From Bacilli bacterium (GTDB taxonomy: Bacteria; Bacillota_I; Bacilli_A; RF39; UBA660), in the NCBI GenBank assembly GCA_017434825.1, contig JAFSGC010000012.1, positions 3,012-67,011 of the forward strand: DNA of 64,000 nt, read 5' to 3'. The notes under the pieces were generated by a model. That model was given only the letters and a program-made list of their open reading frames with translations. It made no database searches and had not been told where the DNA came from. A program made the translations under genes and the position numbers. Positions 28,773 to 38,992 of this stretch are shown here, in pieces (within the stretch, counting starts at the first letter, position 1; each line of letters begins with the position of its first letter).

Positions 28773-29465
28773 TTAACAATTATTTTTTAAAGCAATCGGT
28801 ATTTTATATGTGGTAACACTTTCATCTTTCATCGTCGCATTAATTTCTAAATATAAAGATGATTCCTTAAACTTCTTACATACTGCCGAATAATTATCAA
28901 CATTAATTTCTACATCTTTTAAATATTCCTCTAAAGTAACATCTTGTTTAGCAAAATTACATTTACTTACTAATGTGATGGTATCACCGTAATCCTCATA
29001 TAAATTGCATTCAATCTTTTCGTAAACAGTATTATTTTCTTTTCCACAATAGTTTATATTAGAAATATATATTGAAGTTTTGTCATAATTATAAGCTGCA
29101 CTACCATTAATAGTAAAATCTTTACACGTAGTACTTATTGTTTTAAATTCAAAATCATGATGATGACGATTATAATAAATTACACCCCAAATAAGAAGCC
29201 CTAAAAGAATTAAAACAACTGGAATTAACATCAAGAACCACTTCTTCTTAACATCTTTTTTTTGGCCTTCGAGTAATTCTTCAATATTAACATTAAATGT
29301 TTTACTAATTAGTTGTAATGTAGATATATCAGGTAAACTCTTTCCAGTTTCCCATTTGGAAACAGCTTGATATGTTACACCAAGCATATTTGCAAAGTCA
29401 TTTTGAGTAAGGTTATTATTCTTACGAATATCTTTAATAAATTGTCCAATTTTTTCTTGATTCAT
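28773..29465 (-). CDS. membrane-tethered XRE-family transcriptional regulator
   Basis: Has the HTH LTQNDFANMLGVTYQAVSKWETG, one TM helix (WFLMLIPVVLILLGLLIWGVIYY), and a Cys-containing exodomain. Confidence 0.8.
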   Translation of the reverse strand: MNQEKIGQFIKDIRKNNNLTQNDFANMLGVTYQAVSKWETGKSLPDISTLQLISKTFNVNIEELLEGQKKDVKKKWFLMLIPVVLILLGLLIWGVIYYNRHHHDFEFKTISTTCKDFTINGSAAYNYDKTSIYISNINYCGKENNTVYEKIECNLYEDYGDTITLVSKCNFAKQDVTLEEYLKDVEINVDNYSAVCKKFKESSLYLEINATMKDESVTTYKIPIALKNNC

Positions 29466-29538
29466 AATATTACCTACATTTTTCTTAAGTATTATATCAT
29501 TATTTTTTTAATAAAAAAAGCTTAGTCTATGCTAAGCC

Positions 29539-31047
29539 TTAACAGTTTTCATTTTGTTCAATAAGTTGAGAATTTAAATCATCAATTTGTCTTTGATAAT
29601 CATTTATGATTTTTTCATAATAGTTACGAATTGTATTTACCTCTTGCTCATGAAGATAATTTTCATTATTTCTAGCATCTAAATTACTTTGTAATTTTTC
29701 AATATTTTCTCTAGAAGTATAAATCTTTGTTACTAATACTTCTCTATCTCTTACCTCATATTTATTTAAATCTTTAATATAGGCATTAATCATATCAAAT
29801 ATTTTATACTCTGATGGATATGCTGTTAAATAAATATAACTAGAATTATAACTATGCGTATCAACTTCCAAATACTTAGAGTGTAACACTTCTACTATTA
29901 TATTTTTATTATTAGAAATAATATATTCAACATCATTTTTATAGTATTCAAGATCTAGTACTAGCTCATCATTCATATCTATTTCAATGGTGGTTGTTAT
30001 CTTTTCATTTTCACTTAAATTAGGAATATATTTAATATTTGTTAATCCAATTCCAACAATTCCTCCGCCTACGCCTAATAAAACAACTGCACAAATAAAT
30101 AAAATTGCCAAGAAATTTTTCTTACACTTCTTACTTATTATAAAGTTAAATATAATATTTAAAATAACTAGGTTAATTATTATTGCTGAGAAAATACAGA
30201 TAATTGATCCTCCAAATAATAGTTTTGCATCTAAATATAAAAATGGAATAACGATGGCAAAAGCTAGTACAATTAAAGAAATTATCCCGAACACACCTAA
30301 ACCTAATGCAATCAACTTAATTCCCCACAAAGCACATTTAAGTAAACCGCTTAAGAAACGATATCCTGAATGATTAGGGTCTCTAATAACTACCTTTTCC
30401 TGTTTTTTACTTAATTCTATTTTTTTATCTTCTTTTACTTGAACTTCCTCATTATATGAAGTAACTACCTCTAAAGGTAAGTCCTTCTCTTCTTTTACTA
30501 TAACAAAATAATCCAAATATCTTATTTTAAAAATGTGTAAAAAAATCGCTAAGAAAAGAATTATGGAAATAACTAAATAAATTGCTTCAAATATATTTAA
30601 TAAAACCCAATATGCATTCTCTGTAATAAAGCCAAATAGTTTTCTAAATATTTCCGAAAAAAATGCACCTAAGAAAAAGAATAGTAAAAACAGACCAATT
30701 GCTATAATCGCTTGTTCAAACAAGCATTTAATTTTAGCTTTAAACTTCAACGCACTAAACATATCAATGGTTTTAGTAATAAAGCTAAAGAAATCATCTA
30801 CATATTTATTAATATTTGCTTTACTTTGTTTACTCTCCCTAACATCAGTTAAATCTGATTTCATTAACTCATCCATATTCAAATTAAACAGATCACATAT
30901 TTGTATCACTTTATCCATCTCTGGATATGCTTGACCCGATTCCCATTTGGATACCGATTGTCTTGAAACTCCAAGCTTTTCTGCCAATTGTTCTTGAGAT
31001 AAATTATTTTCTTTACGAATCTTCTTTATATTTTCTGATAAATTCAT
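29539..31047 (-). CDS. polytopic membrane XRE-family transcriptional regulator
   Basis: I placed the start at MNLSENI, behind SD aaaggaga (the track ORF extends to 31086). It has the HTH LSQEQLAEKLGVSRQSVSKWESG, at least 6 TM helices, and a C-terminal coiled coil. Confidence 0.8.
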   Translation of the reverse strand: MNLSENIKKIRKENNLSQEQLAEKLGVSRQSVSKWESGQAYPEMDKVIQICDLFNLNMDELMKSDLTDVRESKQSKANINKYVDDFFSFITKTIDMFSALKFKAKIKCLFEQAIIAIGLFLLFFFLGAFFSEIFRKLFGFITENAYWVLLNIFEAIYLVISIILFLAIFLHIFKIRYLDYFVIVKEEKDLPLEVVTSYNEEVQVKEDKKIELSKKQEKVVIRDPNHSGYRFLSGLLKCALWGIKLIALGLGVFGIISLIVLAFAIVIPFLYLDAKLLFGGSIICIFSAIIINLVILNIIFNFIISKKCKKNFLAILFICAVVLLGVGGGIVGIGLTNIKYIPNLSENEKITTTIEIDMNDELVLDLEYYKNDVEYIISNNKNIIVEVLHSKYLEVDTHSYNSSYIYLTAYPSEYKIFDMINAYIKDLNKYEVRDREVLVTKIYTSRENIEKLQSNLDARNNENYLHEQEVNTIRNYYEKIINDYQRQIDDLNSQLIEQNENC

Positions 31048-31180
31048 ATTTTCTCCTTTCATGACCAAATTATATGTTATGAACATGGTTGCGAACTACC
31101 AATTTTTAGTTGTTTTTTGTTAATTTTCGGTTGCATTTTTATATTTACATACTAAAAAAAGGCTACAAATTATATGCAAC

Positions 31181-31585
31181 CTATTTTATCAAACTATTTT
31201 CAACCAAATACGGAACGACTTCATTTTTAAGAGTATTAGATAATATATCTTCACCCATCGTAGTATCATACCACAAAAAGCTTTCGATCTCTTCAGAGGT
31301 AGTTAGTTCTCCTTCTAAATCGCCATTATACTTATACACATAAAAATGAATTTTTAAATTAGGATCACTAGTCGCAATTTCATCAAAATCCATAACAAAC
31401 TCAAAATTACTTTCATCAAACTTGGCTACTGCACCCAGTTCCTCATGACATTCTCTAATGGCAGCTGCTAAGGTAGTCTCATTTTCTTCAACTCGGCCGC
31501 CAATCATTTGATAAGTTGGTCTTTTTCTTGGCTTATCAATTAAAACTTTAGAATCTCTAATAAATATTGTTCCTACTACTTTCAT
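31181..31585 (-). CDS. NUDIX hydrolase
   Basis: Has the Nudix box GGRVEENETTLAAAIRECHEELG. Confidence 0.85.
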   Translation of the reverse strand: MKVVGTIFIRDSKVLIDKPRKRPTYQMIGGRVEENETTLAAAIRECHEELGAVAKFDESNFEFVMDFDEIATSDPNLKIHFYVYKYNGDLEGELTTSEEIESFLWYDTTMGEDILSNTLKNEVVPYLVENSLIK

Positions 31586-32388
31586 ATTTTTCTCCTATCA
31601 ATATCCCATTTAGCTTTTTGAGTTTCTAAATACCGAGAACTACTATCATCTAATTCCACAACTCCATAATCATGAGTATACTCTACTAAATTACCTGAAA
31701 AATCATAATATGTTTTCCATATTCCTGGCTCACAAGCAACTTTCATAGACAAATCAGAATTACATCTTTTTGATAAATAATCATTAATTGTTTGAGTTGC
31801 AATCTTAGATATAGGCTCTGTTACATCTACAATCAATGCTACATAGGAATTATTATTTAATAATTTTTTAAAATATCTAATAAACGAATCTAATGATAAA
31901 AACGAAATTGGCAGTTCTACAAAAGAACCAGTAAATGCTCCTGTCTCAAGTGTTGCTTTATAGTGAATAGAATAAAATTCACAGCCAAGTTTTAATATTT
32001 TTAATAATTCCTTAAGTGATTTAATTTCCACTCCATCATTATCAATAAACAAACGATTAATAGTTTTTAAGAAAGAACTAACTCTTTCTATTATTAAATC
32101 AAAGTCATTATTTTCTAAGGCATTATTTAATAAAGTATATGCTATTAAAAAACTTAAATACTCACGACTCATTCTTGATAACAAAATCCTATCAACATCA
32201 TGAGCATTTGGTATATCTGGTAAAGCGTAGTTTTCAAGATAAATTCCCATTGGTAAATCAATATCCACTTTAACCGGATAAGAATCTGTAATCCCTTTTA
32301 GGATATCGTGTCTTTCTTGAGTATTATATCCATATATGAATTGATGTCTACTTTGCCCCATTATCTCATTACTAAAATCAGCTGCCAT
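31582..32388 (-). CDS. hypothetical protein (possible degenerate P-loop-like fold)
   Basis: 268 aa. Its stop overlaps the NUDIX start (ATGA). FIYGYNTQERHDIL sits where a Walker A would be, and ALIVDV resembles a Walker B strand. No family recognised. Confidence 0.65.
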   Translation of the reverse strand: MAADFSNEIMGQSRHQFIYGYNTQERHDILKGITDSYPVKVDIDLPMGIYLENYALPDIPNAHDVDRILLSRMSREYLSFLIAYTLLNNALENNDFDLIIERVSSFLKTINRLFIDNDGVEIKSLKELLKILKLGCEFYSIHYKATLETGAFTGSFVELPISFLSLDSFIRYFKKLLNNNSYVALIVDVTEPISKIATQTINDYLSKRCNSDLSMKVACEPGIWKTYYDFSGNLVEYTHDYGVVELDDSSSRYLETQKAKWDIDRRKI

Positions 32389-32408
32389 AAAACCTCCCCC
32401 GAAAATAT

Positions 32409-33032
32409 TTATTCTTCCTCTTTAATTAAAGATCTTGTTTTAGGTTTATACATCATTTCTTCGAATTGAAATTGATGGAATTCAGGTTCATAATTCTTAA
32501 AATCAGCATACATCTTCATAAACGCAAAATTAAATGGATGATATCTACTACCACTATTTCTAAATCTAACAGCATAGCTCATCATTAAACCATCATCATA
32601 TGTTAATTTACTTTTTTCAAATGTAATTAAATATTCTTCGTCACCCGGAGCAATAGAAACACTCGAAGCATTTTCATATTGATAATCATCAGAATGCCAG
32701 CAGACTACTCCATCCTTAACTAAAGCTTGGGGATTCTTATCCGAAAGTGTCCAATTAAAGAAATAATCTTGAGATTCCTCATCTATATCATCATATGGAA
32801 CTCCATTGATAATTCTTTGATATAATGCATCAATTAAATAATATACAGTACAGTTTTCTTTTGTAATATGAATTGTATGAGTCTCTGGTAATTCTAAAAT
32901 ATTACCATGATATTTATACGCCCAATACAAATCTAAATTGCCTTCGAAAGAAATGGTAAACGCTCCATCATCTGTGTTTATTACAAAATAGTCATACCCG
33001 TTTCCATTCTTACCTTTTGTTACTTCTAACAT
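32409..33032 (-). CDS. hypothetical protein
   Basis: I placed the start at MLEVTKGK, behind SD gaggt (the track ORF extends to 33086). The protein is acidic and Trp/Tyr-rich. No family recognised. Confidence 0.6.
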   Translation of the reverse strand: MLEVTKGKNGNGYDYFVINTDDGAFTISFEGNLDLYWAYKYHGNILELPETHTIHITKENCTVYYLIDALYQRIINGVPYDDIDEESQDYFFNWTLSDKNPQALVKDGVVCWHSDDYQYENASSVSIAPGDEEYLITFEKSKLTYDDGLMMSYAVRFRNSGSRYHPFNFAFMKMYADFKNYEPEFHQFQFEEMMYKPKTRSLIKEEE

Positions 33033-33092
33033 ATTCATTACCTCACGAAATTTATTATACCATAGCATAAAAAAAGAAACTATCAAAGTTTC

Positions 33093-33593
33093 TTAAAACA
33101 TCGGTCTTTTTCCTGCAGTATGCTCATTTAAATCTATTCCTAGTTGGTATAAATGATTAAGAAAATCTCCAAATCGTTCTGGTTGTAATAAATAATGCCT
33201 ATTCGTTAATCTTATAGCCCCACTTTTTTCTGTAGATTTAACTGCAGCAATATTACGCGGATCCACCTCCGAAACTAGAAAAGCATCATATTTAGAACAT
33301 ATCGATTTTATTATTTCATCCATTGCTTTAGCGGCTAAACCTTTTCCTCTGGCCTCAGGAATAAATCCCATATCTACAAATAATACATCATCAATATTTT
33401 CATCAACAAAATATATAAATCCTACATCTTTACCATTTTCATTAATTAAAAAAGCAAAAATGGAAGAAGCTAATCTTGTAAACGTACCACTAAAAACACC
33501 TTCTTTTGAAAGTCTTTTCATAATAGCTAAAATTCTATTAAAAACATCCATATCAGCATCAGAATGAAATGGAATAATCTTCATTTTCATCAC
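33093..33593 (-). CDS. GNAT-family N-acetyltransferase
   Basis: Has the acetyl-CoA binding motif ARGKGLAAKAM (R/QxxGxG/A) after a beta-strand, VDMGFIPE. Confidence 0.75.
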   Translation of the reverse strand: MMKMKIIPFHSDADMDVFNRILAIMKRLSKEGVFSGTFTRLASSIFAFLINENGKDVGFIYFVDENIDDVLFVDMGFIPEARGKGLAAKAMDEIIKSICSKYDAFLVSEVDPRNIAAVKSTEKSGAIRLTNRHYLLQPERFGDFLNHLYQLGIDLNEHTAGKRPMF

Positions 33594-33621
33594 CGATTAG
33601 TTATTATATATTTTTACAATG

Positions 33622-34176
33622 TCATTTGCAAGTACCACCATTTTCTAAAAAATAATTATAAATATCGCTTGATAACTCAATAAAATTAGTATAATCACCT
33701 GTATCTATAATTTTTTTAAAAATATAATCTGATCCACCAGTCATAATAATATCGTTAGTACTATCATAAGTAATTGCAACTTCATAGGAATCCTTATTCA
33801 ATTCACACATAATAACCATTGTATTTAATCCTTTTTCAGGATTTTTATTAATTCCCAAATAAAAGAAGCTAATCGCAGTAGTTTCAATTATAAAAAGAAC
33901 AAAAACTATAGCAAATATGCATATCATAACTTTGAATCTTTTATTACCTTGTTTTTCTTGCAGATCCATTTTTGCTAATATTAAATTATTTGTTAACGCA
34001 TCCAAGCTAACGTTAAATATCTTGCACATCTTATTTGCCTGATTTATATCCGGACACGTAATATTTAATTCCCACTTTGAAATCGTTTGCCTAGTTACAC
34101 CAACTTTTTCAGCTAGGTCCTCCTGCGATAAATTTGCTTTTTTTCTATACTCTAGTATTTTCTCTCCTAAATTCAT
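33622..34176 (-). CDS. membrane-tethered XRE-family transcriptional regulator
   Basis: Has the HTH LSQEDLAEKVGVTRQTISKWEL, one TM helix (VMICIFAIVFVLFIIETTAISFFY), and a small exodomain. Confidence 0.8.
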   Translation of the reverse strand: MNLGEKILEYRKKANLSQEDLAEKVGVTRQTISKWELNITCPDINQANKMCKIFNVSLDALTNNLILAKMDLQEKQGNKRFKVMICIFAIVFVLFIIETTAISFFYLGINKNPEKGLNTMVIMCELNKDSYEVAITYDSTNDIIMTGGSDYIFKKIIDTGDYTNFIELSSDIYNYFLENGGTCK

Positions 34177-34281
34177 ACCTTCATCCTTTCTAGCATTATT
34201 TTACTTAGTCCCGTAAAATAAATCTACCAATTTATAATGGAAAGTTCGCTATTTTTATTAACAAAAAAACAAGTGAATTAT

Positions 34282-35529
34282 TCACTTGCTTTTCTTTTTA
34301 ATAGTTAGCGCAACCACAAAGGCTAATATAACGCCAAACTCACACAATGAAATTATCATCCAGATAATTCCTGATGTTGAATTAGTACCTGATTCTATAC
34401 CTATTTGTGACATTGTTAATAAATATTTAGAGTCTTTAATATCACTAAGTTCTATCATCCCATTTGCAACTGCCAATTCTTTGCTTTTTTCATCCAGTTT
34501 ATTACTTTGTAAATCAACAGAATATAAATTAACCTTACTATTATCTTCGTAATAATTTTTTACATTAAGCTTTAAAGATATCCCACTAGGAATTTGGTTT
34601 AAGTTATTAATATTCACTTGCAAACCACTTGCATAATTAGATAATTTTAACACTTCTTTCGATGGACTTACTATTTCTACACTAGTTAAAAATTCGTTTG
34701 TATCTGTTATCTTTTTACCATCAACAATCCAACTATATATTACTTCTTTATTTTCATTGTAATAATTAAATCTTACTAGTTTTCCACTTTCTTTAATATC
34801 ATTTAAGTTATTAGGAAGTATCTTAGTATCATTTTCTAAAATAATATCAACATCATTAATTGAATTATCTTTAAGTAGCTCTTGTAAATCCTCTAAATAA
34901 TAGCCATCTTTTCTTAATACAGTAAGCGTTATTCTATTAACATTACCAGATTCCGATGTAACTAAAACTTCTATTTGATTTTCTCCGATATCTAAAGTAT
35001 GAGCCCCAATGCCTGTCACTCTAGCTTTATCATCTACAGCTTCAGCATTTACATTAATGCTAGATACATCATTATTAACACTTAACTTATAATTATGTTC
35101 ATCTATTTTCTCTAATTCATATCCGTCTACAGAAATACTTTTTAATTCATTATTTGTTGAATAATAAACCGGTTCTTTAACATTAACATTAATTACTTGA
35201 GTTCTACCACTAATATTTTCATCATCATAAGTAGTAACATCCGCGGAATAAACTTTAATTGTAGTACTACCCACAGATAAGCCTCTTACAGTAATTGTTC
35301 CACTTTGCATATCTAAAAATAAACTTGAAGATGAAACACTAGCAACTCCAGGATTAGAAGAAGTTATTTCTACTCTACCTGCTGCATTATTAGCAGTTAT
35401 CTTAAATGTAGCAGAACTACCATTTGTAATATTTAAGTTTGTTGTTGATACCGTAATACTTCCTGCTGCCCAAATATTCAATGGCATTAAACATAATAAA
35501 GCTATTAACATAACAATTAACTTTTTCAT
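34282..35529 (-). CDS. secreted, C-terminally membrane-anchored protein with Big_2-like and cadherin-like beta-sandwich domains
   Basis: Has a signal peptide (MKKLIVMLIALLCLMPLNIWA), a Big_2-like domain (ITSSNPGVASVS...GSTTIKV), and a cadherin-like domain (NELKSISVDGYELEKIDEHNYKLSV...NRITLTVLRK). A domain of about 165 aa is unassigned. The C-terminus is a TM helix plus KKKSK. The start overlaps the S8 stop (ATGA). Confidence 0.8.
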   Translation of the reverse strand: MKKLIVMLIALLCLMPLNIWAAGSITVSTTNLNITNGSSATFKITANNAAGRVEITSSNPGVASVSSSSLFLDMQSGTITVRGLSVGSTTIKVYSADVTTYDDENISGRTQVINVNVKEPVYYSTNNELKSISVDGYELEKIDEHNYKLSVNNDVSSINVNAEAVDDKARVTGIGAHTLDIGENQIEVLVTSESGNVNRITLTVLRKDGYYLEDLQELLKDNSINDVDIILENDTKILPNNLNDIKESGKLVRFNYYNENKEVIYSWIVDGKKITDTNEFLTSVEIVSPSKEVLKLSNYASGLQVNINNLNQIPSGISLKLNVKNYYEDNSKVNLYSVDLQSNKLDEKSKELAVANGMIELSDIKDSKYLLTMSQIGIESGTNSTSGIIWMIISLCEFGVILAFVVALTIKKKSK

Positions 35530-38500
35530 AGACTTCCTCCATTCATAATATATTTTCTGATTCTTACATAGTCTGCAGAAGAGATTGTAGCATCAGAGTT
35601 CACATCAGCTGCATAAGTATATACATTTCCATTAATTATTTCAGATTTCATTATATGTTTTCTGATTTTTACATAATCTGCGGAAGAGATTTTGCCATCT
35701 GCATTTACATCTCCAATTACTGAAATCAAATATTCAAAATCTTTACTATCATTAATTCTAACACTAATAATATCTCCTGTTTTAGTTAAATCTGAACTTA
35801 CTATAACTCTACTATTATTATAGTGACTATATGTTGTACTTTTTGCATACGTAGTTATTTTTCCTTTAAGATTTTCAAAACTATTATTGTTTTTTATTAT
35901 TAATAAATTATCTTTTACTGTAACAGATGAATCAATATTTTTTATTCCATATATTTTTACCGTATTAGTTGCAGTTATCGGAGAAACTCCCGATTTAATA
36001 ATTTGATAATTTACAACATATGAACCTACATCCTTAAATGTTGGCATTGTAGTTAAATCATAATTTTTATTACCTACAGAATATTTCACTGTATAATTTG
36101 TAGCTTTGATATCTAAATTTATACTATGGCTTTTACCATCATAAATTCCTTCATAATCGGTTGTATCATTAATCACCGGATCCGAAGTAATTGTAACTGT
36201 TTCTTCATCATATACATCTTCATAATTTTCATCATAAGATATTTTAAATTTAGTTGTATAAGTACCTGCATCTTGATACTTAGGCATTTCATCTAAAGTA
36301 TAATCTCCATTACTATCCATATATTTAATAGTAGCTTTCGTAGGTTTTATTAATATAATGGTTATTCCATGTTGGTTACCATCATAACTATAATTTCCTC
36401 CGGATGAAACATAATTAATTTGTGCTTTATTAACCGTGATATCAACTCTCTTTTCAAAAGCTTCATCACTAGCATTTTTACCATTTACGATATAATACAT
36501 ATCTCCGAATTTTAGACTATCTCCATTAGCATAGGAAATTGTATATTCACTAATCTCTTCTTTTCTACCTAGTAATTCAAGATATTCAATATAAGTATTG
36601 CCATCGAGTTTTCCATAATCATAATATACTTCAACCCCATTAATATCTGAATTAGACACTTTATCAAGTGCAGTATACGTTGTTTTACTTGTATTAACGT
36701 TGATATAAGTTATATTCATTGATTCATAATTAATACTATTTGAAACTGCATAAGTCTTAGCATATGAATCACTATATAAATAAAATACAGTTTCTATTTT
36801 GCTTCCATCTTGTTTATAAACTGTTGAACTCTTTTTAAATGCATCTGTACCAATTGATGTAACTCCCCTTAAAATTGTAACGTTTTCTAAATAATTAGTT
36901 CCATAAAAAGCATAATCTCCGACTGTAGTAACATCATTTGGAATATCGAGCTTACTAATTCTTGTACTTCCAAAAGCATAATCGCCAATAGAAACTAATT
37001 GACTTGGAATATTAATTGTTTTTAAACTAGTACATCCATTAAAGGCTTGATTAGGTATAGTGGTTATTGAATCTAACAAAGTTATGTTATCTAATAAAGT
37101 ACAAGAAGCAAAGGCTGAATTACCTAAGGTAGATATTGTTCCCTCGAAAGTTGTAAGATTGGCAAGATTAGAAAATGTACCTTCTCCCACAGCTATTGAG
37201 TCCGCTAAAGAAATAACTTCTTTTAGTTTACTTGCTCCAGTAAATGAAGATTTTCCAAGATTTGTTATCTTTTTTGAAAGGATCACTTTTTCAAAAGAAG
37301 AGATATCTACAGAAGAATCAAAAACTTTAGATTCTAAAGAAACTACATTATATCCATCAATTTTTTCCGGGAAATATAAAATATTAATTCCTTTATTATT
37401 GTCTTTATATTTTGTTAATTCAACACTAGAACTATTAACAACCGAATACTCCCATCCACTTTCATAACTTTTAGGATTTGTAACTTTAAATTTAGTAGCA
37501 ACACCATCATACATAATAGTTATAGTTTGCTCAGCCGTACTATAAGGATCATAACTGGATAGTTCTACACCATCATATTCCCAAATTTCTCGGGTATATG
37601 TATTACCATTTCCAAAATGAAGAGTTAATTCTGATGTTAATATATTGTTTAAACTTCCATAGTTATATGTAGTTAATACTGGATTTACTTCGATGCTTTC
37701 AATTTCACTATCTCCAGCTTCACTAAATACTCCATACGTATCACAATAATTTCCATTACAGAATTTTGCATCTACAAATGATATTAATCCATAACCAAAA
37801 TATTGGTCCCAAGACTCAGTTCCTAAATCTACAGCATGTTTTTTTAATAATTCAATTGTTTGAGCTAACGTTAATTCTTTGTTATAACTTTTTAAAATTG
37901 CAACAGCACTTACTGCATGAGGAGTTGCCATTGATGTACCACTTCCAGTACCATTAATACTCACAATGTTATCTCCGGGAGAAGCAAAAGTAATTTTATT
38001 ACCATAATTTGAAAATGATGCTAAATTCAAATCTTCATCAACTGCAGAAATTGAAATAGTATTATTAAAACCTGCAGGATACTTTGTTGTACTTGATCCA
38101 TCATTTCCTGCTGCAGCAACACTAATTATATTATTTTCATTTGCAGCTTCAATCGCAACATACATATTAGTATCATAGCCTTCTCCTGCAAAACTCATAT
38201 TAATAACTTTAGCATCAGTATTGTAAATTACATAATTAATAGCCGATATAATATCTGAATTTGAAAGTGTTTTTGAATCCGAAACCTTAATTGGAAAAAC
38301 TTTAACATTATCAGGGGTACCTTCAGCAATTGTACCTGCGATATGAGTACCATGACCAACATTATCAGTTACAGTAGATCCACTATCTAAAACATTATAT
38401 GTTCCCTTTAATTTATCATCAAAATATGTATCAAATAAACTTACATCACATCCTGTATCAATAACAGCAACAGTGATATCTTCCAAATCTTTATTTTGAG

Positions 38501-38936
38501 CTTGTTTAATCGCAGCATCTAATCCAGTCTTAGTAATTCCCCACGAATTATATGTATCACCAGTAAGTTCATACGTAATATTTTCTCCAACATATAAAAT
38601 ATCTTCAGATTCATTTAGTTTTTCTAAAGCTTTATTTTTATCTTCTTCAGTTTCATATTGTAAAAAATATTGATTATTCGGAGCATTAACTACTTCAGTA
38701 GCGCCATAACTATCTTCAAGTGCCTCTGGAGAAGTTACAATTAGCATATTTTCTTTATTATCCTGAAGTCTTTCCATATCATCAAAATATTTAACCATAA
38801 AGTCTTCAGATAAATCAGAAATATTTATTAAACTTTTATAAGTAACAACTGGTTGCTTTTTATTAGCAAAGAAATAATATATACTTACACTTAAAAGTAT
38901 GACAAATAAAATAACAATCTTTGCTATCTTTTTCAT
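35526..38936 (-). CDS. subtilisin-like S8 serine protease with BspA-type leucine-rich repeats, Ig-like repeats and a C-terminal type-I dockerin
   Basis: The catalytic triad context is AVIDTGCD / HGTHIAGTIA / SGTSMATPHAVS. LRR units follow (ITNLGKSSFTGASKLKEV, ISTLGNSAFASCTLLDNI...). The C-terminus has two Ca-binding dockerin repeats (GDVNADGKISSADYVKIRKHIM, ADVNSDATISSADYVRIRKYIM). I placed the start at MKKIAKIV (the track ORF extends to 38996). Confidence 0.88.
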   Translation of the reverse strand: MKKIAKIVILFVILLSVSIYYFFANKKQPVVTYKSLINISDLSEDFMVKYFDDMERLQDNKENMLIVTSPEALEDSYGATEVVNAPNNQYFLQYETEEDKNKALEKLNESEDILYVGENITYELTGDTYNSWGITKTGLDAAIKQAQNKDLEDITVAVIDTGCDVSLFDTYFDDKLKGTYNVLDSGSTVTDNVGHGTHIAGTIAEGTPDNVKVFPIKVSDSKTLSNSDIISAINYVIYNTDAKVINMSFAGEGYDTNMYVAIEAANENNIISVAAAGNDGSSTTKYPAGFNNTISISAVDEDLNLASFSNYGNKITFASPGDNIVSINGTGSGTSMATPHAVSAVAILKSYNKELTLAQTIELLKKHAVDLGTESWDQYFGYGLISFVDAKFCNGNYCDTYGVFSEAGDSEIESIEVNPVLTTYNYGSLNNILTSELTLHFGNGNTYTREIWEYDGVELSSYDPYSTAEQTITIMYDGVATKFKVTNPKSYESGWEYSVVNSSSVELTKYKDNNKGINILYFPEKIDGYNVVSLESKVFDSSVDISSFEKVILSKKITNLGKSSFTGASKLKEVISLADSIAVGEGTFSNLANLTTFEGTISTLGNSAFASCTLLDNITLLDSITTIPNQAFNGCTSLKTINIPSQLVSIGDYAFGSTRISKLDIPNDVTTVGDYAFYGTNYLENVTILRGVTSIGTDAFKKSSTVYKQDGSKIETVFYLYSDSYAKTYAVSNSINYESMNITYINVNTSKTTYTALDKVSNSDINGVEVYYDYGKLDGNTYIEYLELLGRKEEISEYTISYANGDSLKFGDMYYIVNGKNASDEAFEKRVDITVNKAQINYVSSGGNYSYDGNQHGITIILIKPTKATIKYMDSNGDYTLDEMPKYQDAGTYTTKFKISYDENYEDVYDEETVTITSDPVINDTTDYEGIYDGKSHSINLDIKATNYTVKYSVGNKNYDLTTMPTFKDVGSYVVNYQIIKSGVSPITATNTVKIYGIKNIDSSVTVKDNLLIIKNNNSFENLKGKITTYAKSTTYSHYNNSRVIVSSDLTKTGDIISVRINDSKDFEYLISVIGDVNADGKISSADYVKIRKHIMKSEIINGNVYTYAADVNSDATISSADYVRIRKYIMNGGSL

Positions 38937-38992
38937 GATACAACCACTACTTCCTATCTTAATATAGTATACCACAAAAAAACTCATTTTTA

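Noticed and set aside
36600-37400. Periodic DNA similarity inside the protease gene, considered as tandem repeats or a mobile repeat
   Set aside because: The periodicity corresponds to in-frame leucine-rich-repeat units of the protein. There are no non-coding repeat features.
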